NCBI RefSeq assembly: GCF_018336915.1
Contig: NZ_CP064923.1
Coordinates: forward strand, 1,500,001 to 1,532,000
Source of the DNA: Acaryochloris marina S15
GTDB taxonomy: Bacteria > Cyanobacteriota > Cyanobacteriia > Thermosynechococcales > Thermosynechococcaceae
Length of the DNA: 32,000 bases
Reading direction: 5' to 3'
Part shown: positions 16,340 through 25,000 of the stretch, in pieces
How positions within the stretch are numbered: the first letter of the stretch is position 1
Layout: each line of letters begins with the position of its first letter
Notes under the pieces: generated by a model
What the model saw: only the letters and a program-made list of their open reading frames with translations
Database searches by the model: none
What the model was told of the DNA's origin: nothing
Position numbers and translations under genes: made by a program

Positions 16340-16858
16340 ATGAGTCGAGTTAGTACAGTTAAACCGCATCTAACAGTGGATGAGGTGAAAGACAAAATTG
16401 CTACGGCTCCGACTGCCCGCTGTCAGCAAAAATGGATGATTATTTATAACGCCCTGGTAGATCCTCGCCCAGCTATCGAAATAGCCACGCATACTGCTAC
16501 TAGTCTTCGAACGGTCCATCAGGTGATTTCCGCTTACAATCGCCTAGGAGCAGCAGCAATTGCTCCTAGGGCTAAACGGAAGAAGAATCCCGGTGCTTAT
16601 CTGAGTATCGAAGAAGAGATTGAATTTTTAGAATCGTTTATTGAACGTGCTCAACAAGGTCATTTAACAACGGTTCAAGAGATCCAAACGGCCTTTGAGA
16701 CTAAAGTGGAGACGTCAGTGGCACCCAGTACTATCTATCGTTTGCTAGACCGACACGGATGGCGCAAACTCATGCCTCGTCCGTCCCATCCCAATGGAAA
16801 CAAAGCGGCACGAGAGGCTTTTAAAAAAACTTTCGGGGGCTGGTCCAAACCGCTGTAG
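16340..16858 (+). CDS. IS630-family transposase OrfA (HTH / winged-helix DNA-binding part)
   Basis: 172 aa. It includes ...IEIATHTATSLRTVHQVISAYNRLG...STIYRLLDRHGWRKLMPRPSHP..., typical of IS630/Tc1-like N-terminal domains. Confidence 0.85.
   Translation: MSRVSTVKPHLTVDEVKDKIATAPTARCQQKWMIIYNALVDPRPAIEIATHTATSLRTVHQVISAYNRLGAAAIAPRAKRKKNPGAYLSIEEEIEFLESFIERAQQGHLTTVQEIQTAFETKVETSVAPSTIYRLLDRHGWRKLMPRPSHPNGNKAAREAFKKTFGGWSKPL
16823..16829 (+). promoter_or_regulatory. A7 slippery heptamer; candidate programmed -1 frameshift or transcriptional slippage site
   Basis: OrfA reads TTT AAA AAA ACT. A one-base slip backwards gives ...FKKNFRGL... in the OrfB frame. That frame has a stop (TAA at 16822-16824) immediately upstream, so fusion must occur here. 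Confidence 0.65.
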
Positions 16859-17403
16859 CAGATCGCTCAGCTGAAGACCAACGTCCCATTGTGATCATGG
16901 CAGCAGACGAAGGGCGCTTTGGTCGTCTAGGGCAAGTAAGAAGAGCTTGGTGTGCTCCTGGAATTCGACCCGAAAGTGGGCAGCAGCTTGTCCGTGAATA
17001 TCTCTATGGCTATGTTGCTGTTGCTCCTGCGTTAGGAAAGATGAGTGCTTTAGTCTTACCCTTTTCCAATACTCAGATGATGAACTTATTCCTAGCACAA
17101 GTGGCGGATGAATTTTCAGACTATTTTGTGGTGATGCAGGTCGATGGAGCGTCTTACCACACCGGAAAGAAGCTCGTCATTCCAGACAATATACGCTTGA
17201 TTGTTCAGCCTCCTCGAAGTCCACAACTCAATGCTGTAGAGCATATCTGGGAGGAGGTGAAAGAAAAGCACTTCTACAATCAGGTTTTTGATTCTTTAGA
17301 TGAGGTATCCGATACCTTGTGCAAGGGACTCAAAGAACTCATGGATTTACCCGATAGGCTGACTTCTATGACCAATTTTCCTCATATGAGAATTACGATT
17401 TAA
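16825..17403 (+). CDS. IS630-family transposase OrfB (DDE catalytic part), reached by a -1 frameshift from OrfA
   Basis: The -1 frame is open from 16825 (KNFRGLVQTAVADRSAEDQRPIVIMAADEGRFG...). The ORF track lists it from 16891. The candidate DDE triad lies in AADEGRFG, VMQVDGASYH and NAVEHIWEEVK. Confidence 0.8.
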   Translation, partial: KNFRGLVQTAVADRSAEDQRPIVIMAADEGRFGRLGQVRRAWCAPGIRPESGQQLVREYLYGYVAVAPALGKMSALVLPFSNTQMMNLFLAQVADEFSDYFVVMQVDGASYHTGKKLVIPDNIRLIVQPPRSPQLNAVEHIWEEVKEKHFYNQVFDSLDEVSDTLCKGLKELMDLPDRLTSMTNFPHMRITI

Positions 17404-17418
17404 AACGCAAATTGGTAT
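17402..17418. repeat. IS630-family right terminal inverted repeat
   Basis: AAAACGCAAATTGGTAT. It lies directly after the transposase stop codon (TAA at 17401-17403), overlapping it by two bases. Confidence 0.8.
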
Positions 17419-17430
17419 AAGACCTACATT

Positions 17431-17853
17431 TCAGATCGTTCTAAGCAGTAGATTCTCAAAAGGATGCGTATTTTTCCAGCGATAGGTGTTGAAGTCACGC
17501 TCATCAACGGACAAAATTCGGCCATGTCCAAGATGCTCTGCCAAAACCACGAGAGAGGCATCAGCTAGGTCCATGGGCAAATTTCGATATTGGCAAGTGA
17601 GTTCGTGTATTCGTGCGCTATGGGCAAGGGTCAGCTCAAAGACAATGAATGCTTCTTGAGACAAGTTGAGAATAAACCGTTCTTGAGCCGAGGCCCCTAA
17701 ACGCTTCAGCAGAAAATGGCAGGTTTCTGTGACGACTGGCCAGGTGGTAATCAGGGGTTCTTGAACTTGGGTTAACGCTTGAATCGCTGGGGAGTGATAA
17801 CTGTCTTGTCGGTTGGCTAAAGCTAGCTAAAATCCTGTATCGACGATAATCAC
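17431..17853 (-). pseudogene. vapC: PIN-domain VapC toxin gene interrupted by an in-frame amber codon at codon 9
   Basis: My translation from the GTG at 17853 gives VIIVDTGF*LALANRQDSYHSPAIQALTQVQEPLITTWPVVTETCHFLLKRLGASAQERFILNLSQEAF... and then continues into the 77-aa ORF in the track. The TAG is at 17829-17827. The PIN acidic residues are otherwise present (IVDT, VTET, DLADAS, VDERD). The GTG overlaps the vapB stop codon as GTGA. Confidence 0.8.
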
Positions 17854-18107
17854 TGGGTTAGGCCATATTTCTCTTCTAGGCTATCGCCATAGTCCAATTT
17901 GTAATGGGTCGATAGGTTATCTTCGGCCTCTCCACACCCAATAAATCCACTTTCCGTTAAGAGATCGATGGGATGCTGCGGGGCATATTCTTGGTAATAA
18001 GCATCTAACGCCAATTTGATAATCTCTGTGACACTTTTTTCGGTCTGCCGCTGAAGGTAATTCAGTTTGAAGGCATATTCGTCATCAAGTCGGGCATTAA
18101 TGCGCAT
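17850..18107 (-). CDS. vapB: Ribbon-helix-helix (CopG/VapB-type) antitoxin
   Basis: 85 aa. MRINARLDDEYAFKLNYLQRQTEKSVTEIIKLALDAYY is a typical RHH N-terminus. It has a 4-nt overlap with the downstream PIN gene. Confidence 0.8.
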   Translation of the reverse strand: MRINARLDDEYAFKLNYLQRQTEKSVTEIIKLALDAYYQEYAPQHPIDLLTESGFIGCGEAEDNLSTHYKLDYGDSLEEKYGLTQ

Positions 18108-18115
18108 GGCATAGA

Positions 18116-18135
18116 TGTCATAAGGTTGTATGACA
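18116..18135. promoter_or_regulatory. Perfect 7-bp inverted repeat with a 6-bp spacer just upstream of vapB; candidate operator
   Basis: TGTCATA (18116-18122) and TATGACA (18129-18135) lie 9-30 nt upstream of the vapB ATG. RHH antitoxins typically autoregulate through such repeats. Confidence 0.4.
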
Positions 18136-18330
18136 ATCTAGCACTCGTCCTAGGAGAAAGGGCTGCCTCACCCCAAAGCGTGGTCCGATTCTATGGTTAA
18201 CAATCGCAGCCTGTCTCATCAACAGTCTGGAAGAAACAGTGGCGAAGAAAGCTAGCTGCTCCATATCATCAAAGCATTGATTTTTGCGAAACTCCAGATG
18301 GCATCGGTCTCGAATAATTAACCAATCCAA
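18118..18330 (-). CDS. Doubtful 70-aa ORF between the 178-aa gene and vapB
   Basis: Supported by the ORF track only. It has no recognisable motif. Its 3' end contains the candidate vapB operator and promoter, so the stretch may be non-coding. Confidence 0.2.
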   Translation of the reverse strand: MDWLIIRDRCHLEFRKNQCFDDMEQLAFFATVSSRLLMRQAAIVNHRIGPRFGVRQPFLLGRVLDCHTTL

Positions 18331-18854
18331 AATCTAAATCGAATATTCCTGGACTCAACTTTACCTAAAAACGTTGAGAGGTCATGGAGATCTTGAAGGA
18401 CATCCACTAACAATTCATCACTATTCTGTATCTGTGGGTGGGCAAGTACATCAGGATTATCCTTCAAGTGCTGGATCAGCTCATGTATCGTTTTAATGGC
18501 AATTCCAGCATCGGCAGCGCTAAACCAGTCAGCCTGCCCTTCCAGTTCATGCAATTTAGCTCGCAAACATTGTCGATCAGCCTCAAGCTCAGCTCTATCT
18601 AATTCATATGTAGTGTTAAGTTCACCCAAGGCATCAGCAATGTCCAGTTCATCTAGAGCATTTAACGCATCCTCGTAAAATGCAGGGTCTTCTATAACGA
18701 AATGATCTAACTTGGTTAGCCTCTTGTCTTTGGCTATTTTCTCCAATTTTCCCCATACTTCAGTGATAGCAAGAACCTCACTTGGAGAATTCTCAGGTAA
18801 GGATTCCATCCATCTCTCATACTCAAGAGCAATACTAAAGGTAGCAGGTGACAC
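18318..18854 (-). CDS. Hypothetical acidic protein (178 aa)
   Basis: From the ORF track. It is D/E/L-rich and predicted helical (..DELDIADALGELNTTYELDRAELEADRQCLRAKLHELEG..). I recognise no family. Confidence 0.55.
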   Translation of the reverse strand: MSPATFSIALEYERWMESLPENSPSEVLAITEVWGKLEKIAKDKRLTKLDHFVIEDPAFYEDALNALDELDIADALGELNTTYELDRAELEADRQCLRAKLHELEGQADWFSAADAGIAIKTIHELIQHLKDNPDVLAHPQIQNSDELLVDVLQDLHDLSTFLGKVESRNIRFRFWIG

Positions 18855-18911
18855 TCTCTAAGCCCTATAAATTCTAGACATATACAGTCAAAGTACGGCC
18901 TTCCATGCTTT

Positions 18912-19466
18912 TTATCTTTGATACATTAGGTCGGTTCTTGCTACATATTTCACACCTCTAGACACCTCAGCCCCTTCATGAAGAATGAGATGCTGAAACA
19001 AAAGGCCAAAACCCTTTCGAGGCGTAATTGAGTGTATTAACTCGGTTAGGAAATTTGTTTGTCCACCCTCAAAATCATCGTTCAAATAGACCAGAAATGA
19101 ATAATAACTCTTTTCATTTCCATTCCGTTCAAGTGAACCATCATAATGAGGGCTAAATTTCATGCCAACTTTATATCGATAGCATCTAAAGCGGTCATGA
19201 GCGCTCGATAAGACTCTTCCCTGCATTGTTGATGGGACGTACTCTTGTGCTTTTAAAAATAATTTCTCTGCAAGGGAGGAATCGTTAAAAATCACTCGCT
19301 CATTATTGCGTACATTGGTATTAACCTCGGCCTCTCCATCATTACGAACCGTTGCCAGACTAGGGTTAAGCTGATTGATTTTTCCAATTAATTCATCGCA
19401 TTCTTTGACTGTCAAAATATTGGGAATCTCAATAATTAATGGAGCTGCTTTATTAATAATGGGCAT
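18912..19466 (-). CDS. 2OG-Fe(II) oxygenase, prolyl-4-hydroxylase-like small form
   Basis: 184 aa. The HxD motif is in KFSPHYDGS and the distal His is in LILHEGAEV. A basic 2OG-binding residue lies in GVKYVARTD, and YLNDDFEGGQTNF is typical of the P4H-like subfamily. Confidence 0.85.
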   Translation of the reverse strand: MPIINKAAPLIIEIPNILTVKECDELIGKINQLNPSLATVRNDGEAEVNTNVRNNERVIFNDSSLAEKLFLKAQEYVPSTMQGRVLSSAHDRFRCYRYKVGMKFSPHYDGSLERNGNEKSYYSFLVYLNDDFEGGQTNFLTELIHSITPRKGFGLLFQHLILHEGAEVSRGVKYVARTDLMYQR

Positions 19467-19799
19467 AAATCTTGATTACAGAGGGATCTAACGTACCAGT
19501 CACAAGGGCTCAAAAATTTCTTAAGCGTGTAAATCTAACAGCTTACCTGCATCACAGAATCCAAGGCTTGATGCCGGAGCATATTGCCAACCTGCTCTTA
19601 GGATAAGGAGCTTGGGGCCTTGATACCCAGCTCAACATCCATGATGTCCAACCACACAGTTCGCTATGCAACCAGGATTAGAATATGTCCCCCCCTGCTG
19701 AGCCTCTCAGTTGAGAGGCTGATTACGCATAAAGAATCATCCAGGGACACACCATCTTTTTCTATAATGATTGTCTGATCATCTGTTTGGGTATTTATT

Positions 19800-21053
19800 G
19801 TGGCTGTTACTCCCTTATCATCTGCTGACCAATCCTCTGGCGCACAACAATATCCCGACGCCTTGGGTCGATTTGGTCCCTACGGCGGGAAGTATGTTCC
19901 AGAGACCCTAATGCCCGCCCTAGCAGAACTAGAGTCAGCCTTAGCCCAATACCGAAACGATCCAGATTTTCAGACTGAACTCAGCCAACTACTCAAAGAC
20001 TATGTGGGTCGGCCTAGCCCCCTTTATTTTGCAGAGCGGATTACCGCCCACTATGCCCGTCCCGATGGTAGTGGCCCTCAGATCTATTTAAAGCGAGAAG
20101 ACCTCAACCATACGGGAGCCCATAAAATCAACAACGCTTTAGCTCAAGCCTTGCTGGCCAAGCGCATGGGTAAACAGCGGATCATTGCCGAAACCGGAGC
20201 CGGACAACATGGGGTAGCAACAGCAACCGTCTGCGCCCGCTTTGGCTTTGACTGCGTGATTTATATGGGGGTCCAGGATATGGAACGTCAGGCTCTCAAT
20301 GTATTTCGGATGCGGCTATTAGGGGCAGAAGTTCATCCTGTGGAAGCGGGGACAGGCACTTTGAAGGATGCCACCTCTGAAGCGATCCGTGACTGGGTCA
20401 CTAACGTGGAGACCACCCACTATATTTTGGGTTCTGTCGCTGGCCCTCACCCCTACCCAATGATGGTGCGAGACTTTCACGCGGTGATTGGCGAAGAGAC
20501 TCGTCAGCAATGTCAGGAAAAGTGGAATGGCACTCCCGATATTTTGCTCGCCTGCGTGGGGGGTGGGTCTAACGCCATGGGCCTATTTCATGAGTTTGTG
20601 CCTGATACTCAAATCCGCATGATTGGGGTAGAGGCTGCCGGGGCTGGAGTGAATACCGATAAACATGCGGCCACGCTCACCCAAGGAGAGGCTGGGGTGC
20701 TGCATGGGGCCATGAGTTATTTACTTCAAGATGAAGATGGTCAAGTTTTAGAAGCTCATTCCATTAGTGCGGGACTGGATTATCCTGGTGTCGGGCCTGA
20801 GCATAGTTTTCTTAAAGACAGTGGCCGTTGTGAATATTACAGCGTCACGGATATGGAGGCGGTCGGGGCTTTTCAGCGACTAACGGAGTTGGAAGGGATT
20901 ATTCCCGCTTTGGAAACGAGTCATGCGATCGCATATCTGGAAACCCTCTGTCCTCAGTTAGAAGGCAGTCCCCGAATTGTCATTTCTTGTTCTGGTCGGG
21001 GAGATAAAGATGTGCAAACCGTCGCTAAATTTATAGAGCAGCAGTCTTCCTAG
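19800..21053 (+). CDS. trpB: Tryptophan synthase beta chain
   Basis: 417 aa with a GTG start. Motifs: [19 protein letters not shown], the PLP-lysine motif [21 protein letters not shown] and [10 protein letters not shown]. Confidence 0.95.
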   Translation: MAVTPLSSADQSSGAQQYPDALGRFGPYGGKYVPETLMPALAELESALAQYRNDPDFQTELSQLLKDYVGRPSPLYFAERITAHYARPDGSGPQIYLKREDLNHTGAHKINNALAQALLAKRMGKQRIIAETGAGQHGVATATVCARFGFDCVIYMGVQDMERQALNVFRMRLLGAEVHPVEAGTGTLKDATSEAIRDWVTNVETTHYILGSVAGPHPYPMMVRDFHAVIGEETRQQCQEKWNGTPDILLACVGGGSNAMGLFHEFVPDTQIRMIGVEAAGAGVNTDKHAATLTQGEAGVLHGAMSYLLQDEDGQVLEAHSISAGLDYPGVGPEHSFLKDSGRCEYYSVTDMEAVGAFQRLTELEGIIPALETSHAIAYLETLCPQLEGSPRIVISCSGRGDKDVQTVAKFIEQQSS

Positions 21054-21142
21054 CTGGCTAAGCAGTGACGCTTCTATATTTCAGCAACAAGAGTTAATAA
21101 AGGGTTAAAATCGGGTTGCGGTTCGTTTAAGGCTTCAACCCC

Positions 21143-21883
21143 ATGCCCTTTGTCGTTTTGGGAATGGTGAGTTTTCTATCTTGGTTCGTCAGCATGGTGG
21201 CTGGCGGTGGTAGCCCCTTAGTATTGATTCCCCTCGTCAGTTTTATGTATGGCGCTCAGGCGGTGGCTCCCGTCATTACGACGGGGATGTTGTTAGGAAA
21301 TATCCAGCGACTGTTTTACTTTTGGCAAGATATTGATTGGGAAGTGACTCTTTGGCAGTTACCGGGAGTAATTATTGGCTCTATCTTGGGTGCTTTTACC
21401 CTTAACTACATCAATTTAGAAGGGCTACAGATCGTTATCGGCATCGCTTTGCTGCTGATGGTGGCAAACTATTGGTTTGGCAATCAGGAAAATACCTTTA
21501 ATCTCAAGACCTGGCAATTTTTACCCCTGGGATTTGGCAATTCCTTTGCTTCAGGTTTAATTGGCAGTACCGGACCGATCATGAACCCGGCCTATATTAA
21601 TTACGGGCTATTGAAAGAAGCAATGGTTGCGACCAAAGCTGCCAACATTATTCTGGCCCACGTAATCAAGTTGTGCGCCTATGCCTCCTTGGGAACCTTG
21701 AGCAAAGAGTACGTTATTTATGGGGTGGTGATTGGGGCTGCTGCAATTCCTGCCAATTGGTTAGGGCAGTGGGTGCTTAGCCGTATGAGTAATGACTTGT
21801 TTAAGCAAGTCACCTTTATCTTTATTGCGGTGAGCGGTGTGCTCATGCTTTGGCAGCAACGCCAGTTTTTGATGGTTTGGTAA
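21143..21883 (+). CDS. TauE/SafE-family (DUF81) anion exporter membrane protein
   Basis: 246 aa. It is polytopic and hydrophobic with the two-halves pattern, and has GGGSPLVLIPL near the N-terminus. Confidence 0.8.
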   Translation: MPFVVLGMVSFLSWFVSMVAGGGSPLVLIPLVSFMYGAQAVAPVITTGMLLGNIQRLFYFWQDIDWEVTLWQLPGVIIGSILGAFTLNYINLEGLQIVIGIALLLMVANYWFGNQENTFNLKTWQFLPLGFGNSFASGLIGSTGPIMNPAYINYGLLKEAMVATKAANIILAHVIKLCAYASLGTLSKEYVIYGVVIGAAAIPANWLGQWVLSRMSNDLFKQVTFIFIAVSGVLMLWQQRQFLMVW

Positions 21884-21913
21884 GTCTAGCCACGAATTCA
21901 GCAACGCCTGGAC

Positions 21914-21946
21914 AAAAAAATGACCTTTGCAGGAAAGGCCATTTCT
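21914..21946. terminator. Bidirectional hairpin terminator between the convergent TauE-like gene and hemB
   Basis: ATGACCTTT (21920-21928) pairs with AAAGGCCAT (21934-21942), giving 9 bp with one mismatch and a 5-nt loop. A7 precedes it, which is a U-run for the minus-strand hemB transcript. TTTCTCC follows it on the plus strand. Confidence 0.6.
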
Positions 21947-21968
21947 CCAAATCAGCTTAAATCAGGTT

Positions 21969-22949
21969 CTAGGCCAACCAGCGAGCCGCGTCCTTGGCGT
22001 GATAGGTGAGAATCATATCGGCACCCGAGCGCTTAAAGCTCATTAGGGTTTCCATCACAAGTTTCTCTTCATCGACCCAACCGTTTAAGGCAGCGGCTTT
22101 GACCATCGAATATTCACCGGAGACGTTGTAGGCCGCCACGGGTAGGTTAGAGGCTTGCTTCACTTGCCAGATAATATCCATATAGGCCAGGGCAGGCTTC
22201 ACCATCAGCATATCTGCCCCTTCAGCAATATCCAGTTCAATCTCTTTGATCGCTTCGCGGGAATTGGCAGGGTCCATCTGATACGTTCTGCGATCGCCAA
22301 ATTGAGGCGCGGATTCTGCGGCATCTCGAAACGGCCCATAGTAGGCGGAGGAATACTTAGCGGCGTAGGACATAATCGGAATATCTTCAAAGCCGCCTTC
22401 ATCTAGCCCAGCCCGTATCGCTTGTACAAATCCATCCATCATGCCGGAAGGGGCAATAATATCGGCCCCTGCTTTTGCTTGGGATACGGCTGTTTTCTTC
22501 AGCAATTCTAAGGTCGGATCATTGAGAACTCGGCCCGTTAAATCCCCCGTTTCTAAATAACCACAATGCCCATGCTGAGTGTATTCGCACAGGCAGGTGT
22601 CCACAATCACCATCAGATCGGGCACGGCTTCTTTGACGGCGGTTGAGGCCTTTTGGACAATACCGTGATCGTGCCAAGCTCCAGTGGCGTCAGTATCTTT
22701 CTCAGTCGGAATCCCAAAAAGAATCACGGCTGGAATCCCGAGGTCATAAACTTGCTTAGCTTCTTCTACGACCTTGTCAATGGAAAGCTGGTAGACCCCC
22801 GGCATGGATGAGACTTCTTGGGCTACACCTTCACCTGGTACGGCAAACAGGGGATAAATCAGATCGTTCGTGGTAACAACGGTTTCTTGCACCATGCGGC
22901 GCAATTGGGGATGGTTGCGAAGACGGCGCGGGCGATGGGTGGGAAACAT
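21969..22949 (-). CDS. hemB: Porphobilinogen synthase (delta-aminolevulinic acid dehydratase)
   Basis: 326 aa. Motifs: [36 protein letters not shown], and the active-site Lys regions MVKPAL and [17 protein letters not shown]. Confidence 0.95.
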   Translation of the reverse strand: MFPTHRPRRLRNHPQLRRMVQETVVTTNDLIYPLFAVPGEGVAQEVSSMPGVYQLSIDKVVEEAKQVYDLGIPAVILFGIPTEKDTDATGAWHDHGIVQKASTAVKEAVPDLMVIVDTCLCEYTQHGHCGYLETGDLTGRVLNDPTLELLKKTAVSQAKAGADIIAPSGMMDGFVQAIRAGLDEGGFEDIPIMSYAAKYSSAYYGPFRDAAESAPQFGDRRTYQMDPANSREAIKEIELDIAEGADMLMVKPALAYMDIIWQVKQASNLPVAAYNVSGEYSMVKAAALNGWVDEEKLVMETLMSFKRSGADMILTYHAKDAARWLA

Positions 22950-23123
22950 AACCTGTAGGACTCTGCAATGAACGATAGGAGGGGACTTGTGTCGCCTTAA
23001 CCCAAATCTTATTACAGTTCCTATGGCCCAATGAAGAGATGTTCATTATCTTCACGGTCTACAATTTAAGAAGCGTACTTTAAGGAGCAGCTAACCGTTG
23101 ACGAACCTGAATAGAGGTTTCCT

Positions 23124-23384
23124 ATGAACATCAGTCTTACCCCAGATCAAGAGCGTTTTATCCAAGCGAAGCTCCAAATTGGGAAATATCGCTCTGCCGA
23201 AGAAATTTTGGAACTTGCTTTGCGGCTGCTAGATGAATATGAGCAATCTGATGACGACTGGGTTGAAGACGTCCGTCAGAAAATAGATGCAGCAATCGAA
23301 GCGTCCCAGCATACTCCTCCAGTGGATGGCGAAACTTTTGTGAATGAGATTGTAGAGCGATTTCAGCAGGCTAATTCGGCATGA
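23124..23384 (+). CDS. parD: ParD-type (RHH) antitoxin
   Basis: 86 aa. MNISLTPDQERFIQAKLQIGKYRSAEEILELALRLLDE is a classic ParD/COG3609-like N-terminus. It shares an ATGA overlap with the downstream toxin gene. Confidence 0.85.
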   Translation: MNISLTPDQERFIQAKLQIGKYRSAEEILELALRLLDEYEQSDDDWVEDVRQKIDAAIEASQHTPPVDGETFVNEIVERFQQANSA

Positions 23385-23680
23385 GCCGCTACGTCATCAA
23401 TATTCTTGCTAGCCAAGACCTTAATGAAATTGCTGACTACTTTGCTGAACATAACCTTGAAGCGGGTGAGAAATTCTTTCTTGCCTTTAATCGTAAGTGC
23501 CAACAGCTTGTCTCATTCCCGAATAGTGGCAAAAGCTATGCCCCCATTCATCCAGACCTTCGAGGACTCTCTCTGGAGAATTACATCATCTTTTACAGGC
23601 TTTTGGATGATGGTATCGAAGTTCTTAGAGTTTTGAGTGGTCGCCACGACTTCCCCGATTTCTTTAAAGAGTTAGATTGA
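23381..23680 (+). CDS. parE: ParE/RelE-family toxin
   Basis: 99 aa. Motifs: DLNEIADYFAEHNLEAGEKFF...FPNSGK...NYIIFYRLLDDGIEVLRVLSGRHD. Confidence 0.85.
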   Translation: MSRYVINILASQDLNEIADYFAEHNLEAGEKFFLAFNRKCQQLVSFPNSGKSYAPIHPDLRGLSLENYIIFYRLLDDGIEVLRVLSGRHDFPDFFKELD

Positions 23681-23788
23681 GCTACAGATTTTAGGGCGCC
23701 ATGAGTCGCCCTGCAAAAAGACGAATTGAATCGTACTGAACTCCCACTTTCCGTGATATTCATCCTGCTCCAACTCAAGACAGTAGCT

Positions 23789-24838
23789 TTAGATATGGCT
23801 CAAGTGCATATCATCCGGTTTGGGAGCATCACTCTGAAGGGCATCGTTCCCCACCCACATGCGAACCAGATGACGTTTCTTTTCGGGCTCTTCCCAATCT
23901 ATATACTCCGTCCGATCATGAGCGATCAGATGATTATTGAGGAAAATCATGTCGCCCGGTTGGAGCTGAAGCTCATAAGTTAGATCTTCTTGGTTGAGGG
24001 TCGCTTCAAATTGATCTAAAACGAACCGATCTTCATCTGATAGAGGCAATCCCGCTTTGTCATGTCCTGCATCTATCCAATAGCGCATATACCGACAGGT
24101 TAACCCTGGATACCAGTGCCCCCATTCAAACACAGGAAATGAGTTCCGTAATCGATCCAGGTGGGATCGGGTGCCGACCTCACCGACAATGATTTTGTCG
24201 CGAATAAAATTCTGGCAAAGCCGTCGTAATACCTCCGGTTGAGATTGGAGCAGTCGCTGATAGGCCGTGAAGGTATTCGCTAAACGATTGACACCTCCTT
24301 CCCGAGCTGTCTTCAGGCAAAGCAAAGACACAACCCCCGGCATTAGGTCCGCATCCGTGCTGTCCGTATGGTACCCAGGAGATGTACAGGTACTAGAAAA
24401 GAGGACATTCGCTTTACGGTGATCCTGGCCGCGATCGCAGACGTCATACAACAGGCCACGTTTATCTAAAACAGACCCTAAGGCATAGCCCAGTTGCAGC
24501 AAAAGAAGTCGGCTAGCGGATTCGCCATATTCAGCAACATTAAACCCAGACAGTAAGACAACGCCCGTGGTTTGGGTGAGGTGATAGCGCATCACATTCG
24601 CCAGCAGGTCAAGATTCTGGATTTTCATCCCCCTTGCTTCAGGAGACTGCCAGGTATATCCCCTCGCCTCCAACCAGTGATTCAACACTAAAACCGAGGA
24701 CAATATGGACTCTGGGAGCGTAATTTTCCAGTGAGGATTGGTTTCTAGGCCTGTGCTAGTCCAGCTAGGCTGTGACTTAGCCTTGATCATCACCGAAGAT
24801 AAGTCTTCGATATGACCCGTAGAAGTGAGAAGTGGCAT
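23789..24838 (-). CDS. TauD/TfdA-family Fe(II)/2-oxoglutarate dioxygenase
   Basis: 349 aa. The HxD facial triad is in SPGYHTDSTD and the distal His is in NNHLIAHDRTEY. An Arg lies in KRHLVRMW. The size and layout are typical of clavaminate-synthase-like amino-acid hydroxylases. Confidence 0.85.
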   Translation of the reverse strand: MPLLTSTGHIEDLSSVMIKAKSQPSWTSTGLETNPHWKITLPESILSSVLVLNHWLEARGYTWQSPEARGMKIQNLDLLANVMRYHLTQTTGVVLLSGFNVAEYGESASRLLLLQLGYALGSVLDKRGLLYDVCDRGQDHRKANVLFSSTCTSPGYHTDSTDADLMPGVVSLLCLKTAREGGVNRLANTFTAYQRLLQSQPEVLRRLCQNFIRDKIIVGEVGTRSHLDRLRNSFPVFEWGHWYPGLTCRYMRYWIDAGHDKAGLPLSDEDRFVLDQFEATLNQEDLTYELQLQPGDMIFLNNHLIAHDRTEYIDWEEPEKKRHLVRMWVGNDALQSDAPKPDDMHLSHI

Positions 24839-25000
24839 GACAATGGCAATCGGATTCGATTGAGACGTAGGGGGGCGGTTAAAGAGTTGGGGCAGATAGC
24901 AGCGCTGATCATCGGCACACCTGGCATTTGCCAGACATCTTGAAGCCTCATAGGGTGAGGCGCTTCAAAATACAACACCTTGCTCAAAGCAAGAACACCC

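Larger units (their letters stand above)
16273..17420 (+). mobile_element. IS630-family insertion sequence, apparently intact
   Basis: Terminal inverted repeats flank a two-ORF transposase (HTH part and DDE part). A TA dinucleotide lies immediately left of the left repeat (16273-16274). The right flank reads AA, so I could not verify a clean TA target duplication. Confidence 0.85.

Noticed and set aside
19701-19720. Perfect 8-bp stem with a 4-nt loop (AGCCTCTC AGTT GAGAGGCT) about 80 nt upstream of trpB; possible attenuator
   Set aside because: There is no following U-run, no leader peptide with Trp codons and no alternative pairing that I could find. It may be a protein-binding site or fortuitous. 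The evidence is too weak to call.
22563-22595. Cys-rich metal motif (C-L-C-x7-C in [14 protein letters not shown]) in HemB, indicating a Zn-type active site instead of the Asp-rich Mg type
   Set aside because: The motif is clearly present. I cannot recall reliably which type is normal for cyanobacteria, so I cannot claim it is unusual. An alignment with other cyanobacterial HemB proteins would settle it.
23694-23713. Hairpin AGGGCG-N8-CGCCCT between the convergent parE and TauD-like genes; possible terminator
   Set aside because: The stem is only 6 bp. The T/A runs lie on the wrong side of the stem for transcription from either direction, so it does not fit an intrinsic terminator.
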